Below the pieces are notes generated by a model that saw nothing but the letters and a program-made list of their open reading frames with translations, made no database searches and was not told where the DNA came from. Both the position numbers and the translations under genes were made by a program. DNA of 64,000 nucleotides from Proteromonas lacertae (taxonomy: Eukaryota): contig NGBS01000295.1 of NCBI GenBank assembly GCA_002245135.1, forward strand, positions 62,001-126,000, given 5' to 3'. The stretch's first letter is position 1. Every line of letters begins with the position of its first letter. This document shows positions 13,810 to 29,269 of the stretch, piece by piece.

Positions 13810-15936
13810 TTATGTTTTATTTTTATAAGAAACTGATAATAATTCCATGGAATTATTAAGTGGGTATATTGAAACATAAGGATATAATGGAGAAGGTAAA
13901 TCTTTAACAAGTAAAACAGGAGATGAATCATTATGACTAATCCAAAATTCTCTTTTATTCATATCAACAATCACTTCATAAACTGAACCATCTCCACAAT
14001 CATTGAAATTTGGATCTGTATTAACAACTCTTCCAATATGACAATCATCAGATATATCTTCACTTATACCATTCATTGAATAATAACAACATGCCGTTGA
14101 TTGTTCATAAATATCATCACCAGAATATGTATTATCAATTGATAAACCAATCATAAGATAATCATTATCACGTGAATCATTATCTCTTATAATGTATTTA
14201 TATTTGATATGATAAACTCCATTTTCCAGTTTCAAATTTAAATAACTATGAACAAAACGTTTTCCATTTGTCTTTGTTATTAATTTTCCATTATTTGAGA
14301 TTGTTATTCCATCACTTTTGTTTAATTCTGTGAATTTAAAATCAATAAATTCTAATAATATTTTGTATTTCTTTTCACTTCGAATATTCTTACAGATTAT
14401 TTCATATTTTTTCTTTTCTATCTCCTTTTCTACTTTTCCTTTAATTATTCCATTTTCTTTATCTATCTTTAGACCATCAGGTAAGGAAGGATTTATTGAA
14501 AATTCACATCGATTTCCATCAAATGAAGGGATTATTGATATTTCTTCATTCAATCCAAATATATATTTTGATTGAGGATATGAAAAGGATGATATTTCTT
14601 TTATTATTTCATGTAGAATTTCATCATTTATGATTATTTTTATCATTTCTTCTTCTTCTTCTAAACCCAATTTCATTTCTTGAATATATTTGATTAATAA
14701 TTCTTTTGATTCTGTATTTAGACAATATTCTTTGTTTAATATTCTGAATAGAATTTCTTTTCCACATACTTCTTCTATTATTGAAATATTCTTTTTACCG
14801 TCAATAAACAAACATAAACATTTCATGGTTCGATTTCTTTTATTCTCATTATATTCTATACATAATCTATCCAATATAGTTCTCTTTTCGATATTTGAGA
14901 TATATTCTATTTAAATATATTTTTAGTATTTATACTTTCCATTGTTTTCTTTTTGTATATCATTATCATCAATACTATTTCCATCATTTTTATATTATTC
15001 ATTTCTGATATACACATTATATCATCATTCAATTCTTCTTCTTTTATTCTATCCAATATTCCTCTTTCTTCTTCATTAAAGTCTTCTTCTTTATTATCTT
15101 CATTGTAATTGTTGATTATTACATTTTGAATTCTCTCATCTTTTATTAAATATAATTCTATATGATTTTTACATTCATTTTTCTTCAATTCTATTTTCAT
15201 TTCTTTCAACATTTCTTTATTCTCTTTTTCTATCTCTTTCTCTTTTATCTTTTCACTATCGATATCTTCTTCTATCAATTGCTTAAAATCATCTTCTATC
15301 TCTTTATTATCTTTCTTATTCTTTTGGAATTTATACCATTCGAATAAGCGATTTAATAACCATAACTCACTTCGAATTATCACATCTTTCATATTTAATA
15401 TCTCAATCAAATTATTCATTTCTAATCTTAACAAATATTCATTCTTATATAAATATTTATATCCTCGCTTTTCTATTTCCATATTTTTCAAGTCTTCTAT
15501 CTCTCTCAAACATCCACCAAATACATTACAGATATGAATTAATTTCATTAACACTTCATCATCTATATTATTCTTCACAAATTCATAACAATCATTTATT
15601 ATCTCTTTTTCACAATAACATAAACAAAACATCAACACTTCACATACACTCTCTTTACAGATTATCAATTCACCACCACTGTAGTATTTCTCCATCTCAT
15701 AATAGCCAATTTCTTCGATTTCTTCATATAACTCCAAAACTCCAACAAACTCACGATCTAACAACAGTTTCTTTACAGTTCCATTTCCATTCACTAAAAT
15801 TGACTTGATTGACATTATTCGATTATTTCCAATCTTCACTTCTATATCACCAAAACCACTTTCGACCAATTTTCGACATAATCTATCATAAAAATAAATA
15901 TATATAATACCCATCTTCTCTTATTTCTTTATTCAT
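13810..15936 (-). CDS. BTB/BACK - putative Ig - SPRY-like protein, paralogue 2
   Basis: Same architecture and same two intron positions as 8875-11009; near-identical 3' SPRY-coding segment. Confidence 0.75.
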
Positions 15937-16156
15937 TTTTATTATCATCTTTATGTAAATATAAAACAAAAATAACGAAATTCGATTTTTATCAAAATTT
16001 TGAATAACCCAAAACTTAAAATGTGATTTAAATCATATGCAGAAGGTGTGATAAAGACAATAATATTATATTCTGATTTATTAATGCATATTGCAAATGG
16101 TATGATAAACACAATATATCATCAATAACAAATCTTTTATATTAATAATAGTGGGT

Positions 16157-17571
<1,415 letters not shown>

Positions 17572-17680
17572 TCTTTTTAAAATTCCAATACAATTTGATG
17601 GTGCAAAAACAATTATGCCGAAAAAATACTTTCTATTTAAATGAAAAAACAATGAAATAAAATATATATATAAACATATT

Positions 17681-18586
17681 TTAATTTGATTCCGTATCAA
17701 TATGATCCAAAACTTGGAATCCCCCTGTTCTTACAGCATACTCTATACCAGCTCTGCCACATGGTGGTAATGAAGAAGAAGAAGTCCATGTAGCATTTAA
17801 TCTCATCGTAGATGGTGACTTTTCTCCTTTTGTACCTATTGTTGGTGTGGATATACTCGATTTCCTTGGAAGTGGTGATTTTATACTTGGAGTAGTACTT
17901 TGTCTAGCTATTGATTTTCTTTGTTGATTTATTTCATCTTCCTTCATTTTTTTCATTATATCCTTTGTATTACATGTAATTCTAGCTAGAGAAGTCCTAC
18001 GTGCTCCTAAATCTGTCATAATCATTGGAGGTGGTTTCTTTTTCACACCTTCTCTTTGTTCTTTTATTGTTTCTGCCCACTATAAGGAATTATACAAATT
18101 AATATACATATTCATATTGTGTTTTTTTTCTCATTGGATTATTATCAGTAAAAATATGATCTTTAGAAAAACTACTATATAACGGTTCTAATTCTTTCAC
18201 TTCAATATTAATTTCTAAACCATCTTCATCAAGTGAGTTAGGATCAATACCTGTGAAGGAATGACTTCCTTTCTCTATTACATCAGTTGTATATCTCTTC
18301 TTACCATATTTATAAGGTCCCTAATCAAAGTAATAAATAAATCATATAAATCATATATACTGGATGGTATTCCTGTGGTATTTGCGTTATTTTCTTCTCT
18401 ACTCCATGTTTCTTCTCTCTCATTTTCTTCTCTTCTTCTGTTAGACAATATGTTTTGAAAGGATCTTCCAATATATTTGTTAATGGTCTCTTCCTCGTTC
18501 TTAATACGAAATCACCATGATTTGGATTATAATATTGCTTATAATCAGGTGGAGGTAATCTCTGTTCATACCAAGGCTTTTCATTG

Positions 18587-18617
<31 letters not shown>

Positions 18618-19339
18618 CATAATTAGAAGGTTTAACTGAATGAATACCATTATCCACAGGTTCATATTTTAAATTAACAGTTAATCTCTCATTTCTTCGA
18701 GATTCTAATAGTTTTGTTCTTGTAACTGCATTCATTTCTTGTGTTACTTGCATTGGTGTAGTTTTCATATGATCTAAACTATCGCCATGTAATCCAGCCC
18801 AAGTTTCCATTGGTTTACATGGTTCTGCTTCTAATAATTCTACTGCCCTTTGTGTTCTTTCTTGGTTCAGACGTGAATAACGGGTTGTTTGTGGTCTATA
18901 GTGTGGATTTGGGAAACATTCTACAGGATCTCGTGTTAGACCAACACTTTCACGTGCGTTTCTTTTTTCATCTTCTTTTATTGCATGATATGATTGATAT
19001 TTGGGTTTGTTTCTATATTCTTCATGTTCTTCATATATTGGGTCATGTATTATATATGGTCTATCAAATTTTTTGGTTAAGATCTTTTACATTGTCTTCT
19101 CTTCTTTTCTTTAATAATTTTGTTCTAGTTTCTTGATATTTTGTAGAAGGTATAGGACTTATGGTATAGACTTCAAATAAATTTGAAGAGGATGGATCTA
19201 CAGTTGTTCTACCAAATTCTGTATTTCTGGGTGGTGCTTGTGGAGTATTTGGAGTATCTGGCCGATTAACTATTGTCAATAAAACCTAATAGAGTATACA
19301 GTCCATCTGAATTATTGAGTTCATATTTTCGCTATTCAT
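17681..19339 (-). CDS. Hypothetical low-complexity Pro/Arg/Thr-rich protein (+1 frameshift near 19070)
   Basis: ORFs 19064-19279, 18325-18810 and 17681-18046 join through 3 introns and one +1 shift in an A6 run. Confidence 0.6.
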
Positions 19340-19444
19340 TCTCTAATTTACTCTCTATCTACAAAGAAAAATAAAAAACGAAAAACAGTTAGGTGTGTGA
19401 CAAAAATTCTTTTGGTTAACCAATTTTGTGAATTATTAATTTTG

Positions 19445-21471
19445 ATGAATTCCTGCAATTGTTGTGGTAAAAAAGATGCACATTTGAGATGTAGTAGTTG
19501 TAGAGCAGTTTATTATTGTAGTTCGTATGTTTGTAAGATTATACTTGCAGAGATTGTCAGAAGAAAGATTGGAAATCACATAAAAAGGATTGTACATTTG
19601 TAAAAGCAAAGAAAAATACAGAAAATGAAGAAAAATTGAAGTGTGAAACTGTTTTAGCTGATTTCTTTGCTAATGAGAATGTTCCTGTTGCTATAGTAGA
19701 AAATTCAGAAGTAGGTCGTCATTTAATAGCAAAAAGAGATATTTCTAAAGGTAGTGTAGTGGTAGCTGGTGATAGTTACTCATCAATTTTGAATTATGAA
19801 ATAACTGATCAATGTCCAACATGTTATATTAAAATTGATGATTCTGTCAAAATGATAGAATGTGAAAAATGTCATAAAAAGGTTTATTGTAGTGAAGGAT
19901 GCATAAAAAAATATGAAATTGATCATCTTGTATTGAATGTAATATAAATTAATAATAAATAGATCATATGTGAAATGTTTAATAAATTAGACACATCAGT
20001 AATAGATTATACTGATAAACCAGAATTGAGTGATTTATTATGTCATGAACAGAAGAGAGGTCAAGGGTATAATAATAATAATTATTATTATTTATTAATT
20101 TAATAGACCAATGATGTTAAGTTATGAATATGGAGGTGATAAAAATGAAATAAAGTTAATAATCTCAATATTATGTCGTAAATATTATGAAGAGAAACAT
20201 AATGAAGATAATCAATTGAATAATCGATCATTATTTCATAAATTGTTATTTAAAGATATTATGATAGGTGAAAGTCATTTTAAAGAAATTAAAACACAGA
20301 ATAAGAAATATGAAGCATTGAAATATATTGCTAATTATATATTATCAATAATACCTAATTGTATACTATTATATGTGTTATTTAAATATATAAAAAAATA
20401 GATTTAAAAATAGAAGTTGAAGAATTAATGAAATTGATATTACTCGTTAAATATAATAGTTTTCCAATTGTTAATAGTTATGGTAAAGAATTTGGATTAG
20501 GATATTATCCAGCAGGCACATTTATAAACCATTCTTGTCAACCAAATATTATATACAGTTACTGTCATAATTGTAGAACAATCGCATTTCTTGCAATGAC
20601 TGATATAAAGAAAGGTGAAGAAGTGAATTATAGTTATATTGACTTGTTATTGAATAGAGAATATAGACAAAAGATGTTATCAAATGCGTATTTATTTCAC
20701 TGTAAATGTAAGAGATGTTCAACAGCAATAGAAAAATCAACAGATAGATTTCTGAATGGTTATGTTTGTGTTAATAAAATAAATGAAAATGAATTATGTA
20801 GAGGTGAAATGATTGTTAAAAATGATAAAGAAATAGAATGCATAAAATGTCATTGTAAAGATTCATTGGAAGATAGAAAAAAGTATATAAATATATATAT
20901 ATATATATATATTTCATGTATTTATTAAAAATAGTTGTGCCAAAAAAGTATATGATAACTTATGCAATTCTATAACACTTTTTAATACAGATATAACATC
21001 ATCATACAATAAAATGATTGAATTAATGAAATCTCCAGAAGTATTAAGATTGCATCCATACCATCGTTTAATATATGATATTCATCTCTCTGTTATGGTT
21101 ACAGCTAATAAGATCAATGAAATTAATACATATTTATATCACAGTAGTGCTGCTATTCAATTGTTTGAGAATATTATTGAACTTGGTCATCCTGATTTGG
21201 CTTATTTATATAACGGATATGGATTGACATTGTGTAAGTATTTATTAGAGAATGAAATGTCAAAAGATGAGGTAAAAGAAAAAGCAAAAAGAGTATATAG
21301 TTATTTTAAATTGTTTTTTGTTTATTATATATATAGGCTTTAACTTACTTAACTGCTGGTAATAGAATATACCATGTATGTTATGGTCCTAAGCATGAGA
21401 TGACTTTATTTACAGATAGAACTTTAGAAAGTGCAAAGAATAAATTAGATCCATTGATAAACATTGAATAA
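19445..21471 (+). CDS. SMYD-type SET/MYND lysine methyltransferase with an extra N-terminal MYND finger
   Basis: N-terminal MYND (CNCC..CSSCRAVYYCS..CQKKDWKSHK), GRHLIAKRDI, second MYND-like insert, FINHSCQPN, EEVNYSYI, post-SET FHCKCKRC, TPR-like tail YGPKH. Confidence 0.85.
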
Positions 21472-21562
21472 AGTTGTTGATTTATATGTTTTTTTAATGT
21501 AAATACAAAACACACAGCCATATATATTATATTCTAACATATAGAGAAATAGCTGTATTTAA

Positions 21563-21991
21563 CTACATATCTATCTCATCATTGTCATCATCATAATCAT
21601 CATCAAAATCTTTATCTTCATCTATCACAGCAACACCTTTTTCAATTGCAATATCTTCATCTCCATCACTTACTTCCATATCTGTATTTTCATCCATTTG
21701 CATATTTCCATTTTCGACATAAAAATAGTTATCCTCATCGTTCTGACTATCAATTTCAACGTTATTGTCGCAAATTCCTTGAAATTGATCATCAATAAAT
21801 AAATGTCTGTATTCTTCCATTTCTTCTTCTGAATCTTGTTGATCTATATGCTCATCTGTTGTAAGTATAGTATTGTAAATAGCATGTTGCATTCCTAGTG
21901 TTAGCTTAGGTGGTTTATCTACGCTGTAACTAATACGTTGTCTTTCACAAGTGCAAAATGGATAACGAACATATATTGGAGAGAATTTCAT
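21563..21991 (-). CDS. Hypothetical acidic protein, intronless
   Basis: Open frame of about 142 codons with Asp/Glu-rich C-terminus. Confidence 0.55.
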   Translation of the reverse strand: MKFSPIYVRYPFCTCERQRISYSVDKPPKLTLGMQHAIYNTILTTDEHIDQQDSEEEMEEYRHLFIDDQFQGICDNNVEIDSQNDEDNYFYVENGNMQMDENTDMEVSDGDEDIAIEKGVAVIDEDKDFDDDYDDDNDEIDM

Positions 21992-22150
21992 TCTTAAAAA
22001 CAAAGTAAATAAATAGCCAATTAAAATCGTTTTAGACCTTCAATATTAAACTGACAAGAAACGAATATTTTTTAGTAATTCAAAAATCGATTTAGAGTGA
22101 TTTTAAACCAAAACAAAACACACATTCATTAACAATATTACATATATATT

Positions 22151-23092
22151 TTATGACATACCAAAAAACTCTGATCCAGCTGATGAAGCTTTCATAAATA
22201 ACTGACTTAACTCATTTGAGAAAGCGGGATCATTATTATATTTACTCAAAGCACTATCAAACTCTAAATTAGTGATATTATATTTTTTAAACAACTCATT
22301 ATTCCTTTTAGCTATAATACTTGTTGCACTATCAGTTACATTCTGTAAAATATTTGGATCTTGTTGGATAGCCAGCTTTAAGTTATCTATTGACATATTT
22401 TTCTGTCTAGCTATCTCACTCAATTGTTCTTGCATTACACTTGTAGAATTAGAATATTGTTGTGTTAATATATCCATTACTAGTTCCTTTGTTAATACTG
22501 CTGGAATATCACATAACTCTGGCTCTCTGCCTAATACTGTAGCATACATGTTATTAATTGCTATTGAAAGATGTTTTACTTCTTTTACATTAGCAAAGGC
22601 TGCTTGTGCTTTTTTCATTTCAGATTCTGTTACACCAAATTCAGCGTATGCTTTGTTTGTAACTTCATTTAGTGCATTTTTGAATTCTGAATCTATTATT
22701 CTATTAAGTTCAGTCTCAGTCATTTGCTGACTAAATTGAGATTTCATTGCCATAAAACCCATCTAATTAACATTAAAAAAATGTAAACTATACACTGTTA
22801 GGTTCCATTGCTGCTCTGATATATCTTAACACTTCAATAGTTTTCTCTTCAGATACTGGACTGCTTGTATCTTCTTCTTTCTTAATTTCAGTTGGCTTCA
22901 CTGCTTTTCTAACAATTTTCTCTTCTTTTTCATCTTCTTCCTCCTAACAATATAATAAGTCAAAAATAATACAGAAGAAACATCTACTACTTTTTTATTA
23001 TCACTATTACTCTTCTTATACAAGTACCAGAGTCCAGCTGTTGCAGCAATTGTAGCAGCACCAATAATAATTAGTTTAGAATAAGATTGCAT
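22151..23092 (-). CDS. Hypothetical N-terminally anchored helical protein
   Basis: MQSYSKLIIIGAATIAATAGLWYLYKK (single TM followed by basic residues), charged linker, helical domain; 2 introns. Confidence 0.7.
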
Positions 23093-23252
23093 CAAAAATG
23101 CAGAAAGAATATTTGAATTGTCAAGCTTTATGTTCAAAATTCATTTCTTTATTTAAAGCACTTCTAGAATAATAATCAGTAATACAATACCACACTCAGA
23201 CAACTAATCATTCAATAAAAATAGAATTAAATAAATTACACATATATTTCAA

Positions 23253-24382
23253 TTAATCTGTTAACTCATTAGCTAATGGCTTAGCACCACCTAGAGACAT
23301 TTGTGGCATTAACATACCGCCACCTGTCATATCTTCCATCACAGCTTCTTCATAAGCAGCTGGTGGTGGAGCAGATGTAGGCAATGGAGCAATACTCCCC
23401 ATATAAGCACTATTTGCTCTTAGCATCTTTGACATAGTTCTCTGTTCTCTTCTCTTTGCACGATGAGTATCTTCAGCTCTCATAAACATTGAACCACTCT
23501 TAGTAGGTGTAATACCAAATGTATTCGTTTTCTTTGTATTTACTGGTGCAATAATGTGATTATTACCAATCTTGTATTTTGGAGCTTGATCTTCTTCAAT
23601 TGCTCTATATTTTGCTTCAACTGTATTTTTTCTAGCTTCGGCTAGTTCTTTTCTGTATTTAATTCTCATATCTGTGAATTTACAGAATGAAAATAATGCT
23701 ATTACCAATAAGATCACTCCTCCAACACAACCAAATACAATATACCAATATTTAGCTTGATGGCAATTACTAGTATCAATATCACCTGCCCAAGTTGCAA
23801 TTATAGTATCAGCTGCATATACACAATATCTATATCTTTTATTTGCATCAAATGCATTGCATCTAGCTGAAGCCCTTTCATATGGACGAGTTTCCTTCCA
23901 AGGACCTGATGCTGGACAATTAGTGTTTAATTTTTCATTAACAAGAATGTTATGACAAGCATAATCTGTTACTTCAAGTCCATATTTGAATCCCATAAAT
24001 AAAACAACATCTTTGAAACTACTTGACTGAACAAACACAGCAGAATAGACAAGATATCCTTGTTGACATAAAGATGTTTGTTGTATTTCTGTTTTTAAAT
24101 TAGTCGAATTAAGTACTGTCTCTCCATTCACAAAATCAATGTATAAGTGAAAGAGACTCTCATCATACCAACTACAATTTTGTACTGATACTTTAACTTG
24201 ATTATATGCTTCATAACGATTATTTCTAGCACGTATATATAAATTATCTAAGGAAAAACTTACTACATAAAAAATAAAACCAATAGTATATACTCTTTCT
24301 TTGCTGTGCTAATACAGAAGCAATGAATATAATTAAAAATATTCCAATCTATAATTTTTTAATTAGATGCTTATACCTTCAT
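23253..24382 (-). CDS. Type I membrane protein with Cys/Trp (HormR-like) juxtamembrane module
   Basis: Spliced signal peptide MKIGIFLIIFIASVLAQQ; CPASGPWKET..C..RYC..W..C module; TM YWYIVFGCVGGVILLVIALFSFC; long cytosolic tail. Confidence 0.65.
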
Positions 24383-24506
24383 AAAAAAAGAAATATTTCT
24401 ATACGTTGTATTTGTCAAATTGACATGTCAAAAATGTAAAAATATAAATAAACTTCAAAACACTCAACCTAACACACAAAAATCACATTAAAACAAAATT
24501 TGAAAT

Positions 24507-25969
24507 TTACTTTCTACATACCGAACGAATATCACTTTTCACAGAAAAATTAATCATAGATTTACCATTTAAACTCACACTCTCAGCATCTTCCACAACT
24601 ACAAACTTATTAATAATATCAATTTTATCATGTTTAATCTCTACCACTCTAACAACAGGATTTAATATTATTATAGTATCATCACAGCTAATTTTTTCAA
24701 GTGATTGAGTTGACATGTAATAAAACGATATACCCATACATGTTTCAGTCTTATCCATTATTATACCACAACTATAATAGAAAAATTAATACATAAATAA
24801 TATACTCTGGAGGTGAACATTTTGATGATAATAATTTCAATAATTTCACATTTATATAATTGTTTCTATTATTATCTCCTTCTTTTAAATCAAATAGATT
24901 ACACTCTGTGTAATTTTTATCCTCTAATTCAACTGATTGGAAAGATTTTATTATATTTTGAATCTTTTTTGGTTTAAGATCACACTATATATATATAATT
25001 ATAAAACATATGTTTATATACTTTCTTTATAATAGATAATTCAATATTCTTATTTAAATTAATAATATCAGATATCATTAATTCATACTGTAAACTCTTA
25101 TCGATATTTCCAGCTTTTTCAATGTGATAAATAGCTTCATTATATTTCTGTTGGAATTTCAATAAATTGGAATAACATAAATGACAATCAGGGTTTTTAC
25201 CATCTTGGCCTTTATTCAAAGCAGTTGTATAACTATCAATTGCATTTAACATATCTTCATTGGAATTACTATCGAAATAACTCATTAAATAGGAATTGCC
25301 TTTCACATCTATTATATATATGTATATTAATGAATTTATATTTAATACAATATGAATAACCATCATTTGGATCTAATTCTATTGCTTTATTTATATATTC
25401 TAAACTCTTTTTACATAGATCACTGATTGGTTCATTTTTAAATTGCCTTTGAATTATTGATAATTCCTGATAACTGTATTTATCTGGTTTTTGACTGATT
25501 GCTGCTTTGAAACACAATACTGCTTGATCTAAATCACCTTTATTCCATAGTAAATCACCTAATACATTCCATGCATTTATGTTATCCTTACTTAGCTTGA
25601 CCTAATGAAGAATAACAAAGAATTAACGATTAGTTATTTATACAGCAAAACTGAGGTACTCTAAAGCAGTTGGATTGAAATTTTCAAAGCAATAGTAAAT
25701 CAAACCATATTCATAATACAGTTTTGACTTTTCTATTCCTTGATTCTATAGATTAATTAACTAAAATGCTATACTTGGTTTTATTTGATTTAGTAAATTG
25801 TCAGCTTTGTCAGCAATTTCCCTTATTTTCCTCTATACATAATAACAGTCAAAATACCTCTTTCTCTTTTTTATCACTGGGGAAATAATTCGATTTCAAA
25901 TCGTATGCCTCGTTAGCTAGCGATTCAAACTATATACAACATCAAATAACACTTATATACCTCATCCAT
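24507..25969 (-). CDS. TTC5: Tetratricopeptide repeat protein 5 (TPR + C-terminal OB fold)
   Basis: AVKL..NINAWNVLGDLLWNKGDLDQAVLCF, AIELDPNDGYSY, KNPDCH, OB-like C-terminus IILNP..SLNGK; 6 introns. Confidence 0.8.
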
Positions 25970-26026
25970 CACAATTTTTATTTCAAGCAAAAGCTTGCCG
26001 TTAAGTGAAACAATCTTTTCATAAAA

Positions 26027-29000
26027 ATGGTAGAACCTAGATTCTTAAAAAGAGGTGGATTGGTTGTTGACACATCAGCAGGTAGTATTCAATTTGGAAT
26101 ACCGCCAGAAACAATAAAAGACTCACTCATATCTGGATTTGAAGTTCCGCAATTCTTTGTTGTTCCAGATAGTATCTATTGCATTTATGTTTTATTTAGC
26201 TGCTTTTTCATTAAGTGAAGGGATATCTTTAGCTGAGGTTGAATTCCCTTGTTATTACAATTTCTTTATTAAGAATAGAAAAACAAGGCTTATTGTTAAT
26301 CGAAAAACTGTAGATGTTTTAAAAGTAATTCTCAGAGTATACATTATGATTACAACATTTTTTATATAATTAGGAAACATTATATGGTCCTGTTGATATG
26401 GATGCAACCAGTGAATGGGGAGGAGGTCCAAATAGTGGCTCAGTCCCTGATCTCAAAACAGAAACAGTTGGATTTACAAAAATCACTAGACCAGATATGG
26501 AAGTCACAGCAGAATCAATGGTAGATTACATTTTCTTTGAAGATGGTAAAGCAATAATATCAGATAAAGTCTATATCCAAGCTACAGATTCAGATGATTA
26601 TATCATTTACGATAATAATATAGAAATATTACACGTACCCTGTGAAATACCATTCCCAACCATCAAACATGTAATCGCTGATAAAGGATTTGAACCTCCA
26701 CCATTCGGTGTAACTTGTCTAGGTTCAAGCACAGGGTTTGATCCAAAAGGTGTAACAAGTGGTGTTATAATATGGGTAAATCATCAAGGTATAATGGTAG
26801 ATCCACCAGCTAACTGTAGTCAATTATTAGATAGTGAGGGTATATCACCATCCTGTATAGGAAGTGTAGTCTTAACACATTGTCATGCTGATCATGATAG
26901 TGGATTATTCCAACAGTTGATTAGAGAAAGGAAATTGAGTGTAATTACTACAAATACTATTATTACATCATTTCTAAGAAAGTATTCATCTGTGTCTGGA
27001 ATGTCTATATCATTTATTAAAACTCTATTCACATTCCATCCTGTTGTTTTAGGTCAAGATTTTCCTGTATTTTTAATTTTTTTTATAATTATTATATATA
27101 GTTATATGGAGCTACACTTAGATTCAATTATTCTCTCCACACAGTACCATGTATTTCTATGGAAGTTAGATTCTGCTCTAAATCTCTCTTCTATACTGGT
27201 GATCATTGTAATAACCCACTATACATTAATGGTTTATATGAACAAGGTATTATCAGCAAAGGAAGAAGAGATTTCTTATTAAATTTCAACTGGGATCATG
27301 ATTTGATACTCCATGAAGCTGGTCCTAAACCAATTCATACTGCGATTGAGAGTTTAGCACAATTATCATCAGATATTAAGAGTAGATTACTAGTCTATCA
27401 TTCACCACTTCAACCTATATTAGATTTAGGTCTAAATCCATTGAAAGCTGGTGTAAGAAATACAGTTCAAATACATGTTGAAGGTACATCATTATTATAT
27501 TCCAGTAGAATGTTAGGAACATTAAATCAAATAGATTTACTATCAGATGAATTGACATTTATTCAAGCCAAGCAATTTTTAGAGATGGCTCAGATTGATC
27601 ATTATAATGAAGGTGAAGTGATTTTATTAGCTGGATGTAAAGGTGATCGATTTTATATAATATTATCAGGAGTAATTGTAGTTGAGAATAATAATGGAGA
27701 TATTATTAAAGTATATCAACATCATGATTTCTTTGGTGAAACTTCAATATTGACAGGTAATATATGTAGTGCAAGTTGTGTAGCTAAGACTCAAGTAACT
27801 ACCTGTTCATTGTCTAAACAAGATTTCTTATATTTATTTAAGAATAGTCATGTTCCACAGAGGTTGATTACATTGGCAAAGTTGAGATCATTAAATATAT
27901 GGAATGTATAATTATTTATATACTATTTATTATTATTTATTATTTATAGACTATTGAACAAAATGCTCTATTTAGTGATATGACATCGGGTCAAAAGACA
28001 TACTTGGAAGGAATGTGTGTAGCTAAAAACATCAAGAAAGGTCAAGTATTATGGAATTACAATGATTTAGCAAGTAGAGCAATATTAATCAAGAATGGTG
28101 CATTATTATTGACAGAATTTACTGATGATGGTAAAGATTATCATCCTGGTTGGAAAGAAATGAAATATGAAGAATGGAAGAAGATAAGAGAAGCAGCATT
28201 GAATGTAGTAGATACAAATATAAATAATAATAATAATAATAATAATGTAAGTAATAGTGATAAAGAAATAGTAGTAAATCATCCAATCAGTTTCCCTATT
28301 AAGAATTCAGATGTTAAAGAAGGAGAAAGTAGACAATTAACTCAGAAAGTATATCAAAATGTAGAAAGAAAAGCATTTGATGTAAAAAGAACCCAAACAC
28401 AATTATCTGTTAGTTATTTACAATCGTTAAAGATCAGTATTACTGGTAATCTATCAAGCGGTTTATTTGGTATTAGACAATTCACAAATCAAAAAGGATG
28501 TAATAGAATACACTCTTTATTATCCAATGGTGCTTTAATATTAGAATTGCATGCTTTATATCCAGAACCGAAAAGACATAAAACACAGTTAATTGCATTA
28601 GAAGATTCAACTGTGTTTATTTTCCCATATGAAAATGTGAAGAATTTTATGGAAATTTATCCATCTACGTTGATTCATTTATTAGATCATCCTTCTTATG
28701 TTGATGCTAATGAAGATCAGATATGCTGCAGAATTGAGAAAACACTAGAATCGTTTAATTTGTTTAGTGATAACTTGAATGCTGATCAGTTGGAAATATT
28801 AACACATATTATGTATGTAGAATGCATACCAGCTAGTATTTATTCATTTTAATTTATTTATTATAGACTATTATACAGATTGTGATAATGTTGTTCTTAG
28901 ATTTGTCGTTTCAGGTAATTGTCAGTTGTTGAGAGAGAATAATAGTGTTAAATCAGTTTTAAAATATACTACAGGCAAATGGTTTACTACTTTTGAGCAA

Positions 29001-29156
29001 GATTCAGTTCCAAGCAAAGTTGTTGGTTTATTTACACATTCTGATTGTGTATTTATCACACTATTATCTTCAGTCTTTAAGAACTTCTTAGATGCTTACA
29101 ATTTAACTGATCTGAAGATAATGTTGCAGGAAAAATATCAAATTTTTACTGAGTAA
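26027..29156 (+). CDS. Metallo-beta-lactamase-fold hydrolase with C-terminal cNMP-binding domains (putative cAMP/cGMP phosphodiesterase)
   Basis: IQFGIPPETIKD, GSSTGFDPKG, VDPP, THCHADHDSG (HxHxDH), YTGDH, HEAG; cNMP motif GDRFYIILSG..FFGETSI plus more degenerate cNMP units; 5 introns. Confidence 0.8.
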
Positions 29157-29251
29157 ATTAAAAGTTTATTATAAATATTGACAATATGTTTTTTTATAAC
29201 GATTTTGGTATTTTTTGTTTATATAAGCTTGATTCCAAGTTTGATTGACGT

Positions 29252-29269
29252 TGAATAAACTTGGCTTGA
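29252..29269. promoter_or_regulatory. Candidate promoter element TGAATAAACTTGGCTTGA (exact copy at 46635-46652)
   Basis: 18-nt exact repeat, both copies in 5' flanks; the core TCAAGC/GCTTGA occurs in several other 5' flanks. Confidence 0.5.

Noticed and set aside
16020..16080. Possible C/D-box snoRNA (also 46680-46735)
   Set aside because: CTGA is present but there is no convincing C box, terminal stem or rRNA guide.
20885..20912. (TA)n and (AAT)n microsatellites (also near 18590, 28225, 48425, 56335)
   Set aside because: Ordinary intronic slippage or poly-Asn tracts.
25730..25775. Apparent frameshift in TTC5
   Set aside because: Frame is restored by downstream AAG or TAG acceptors (36- or 42-nt intron), so it was not counted.
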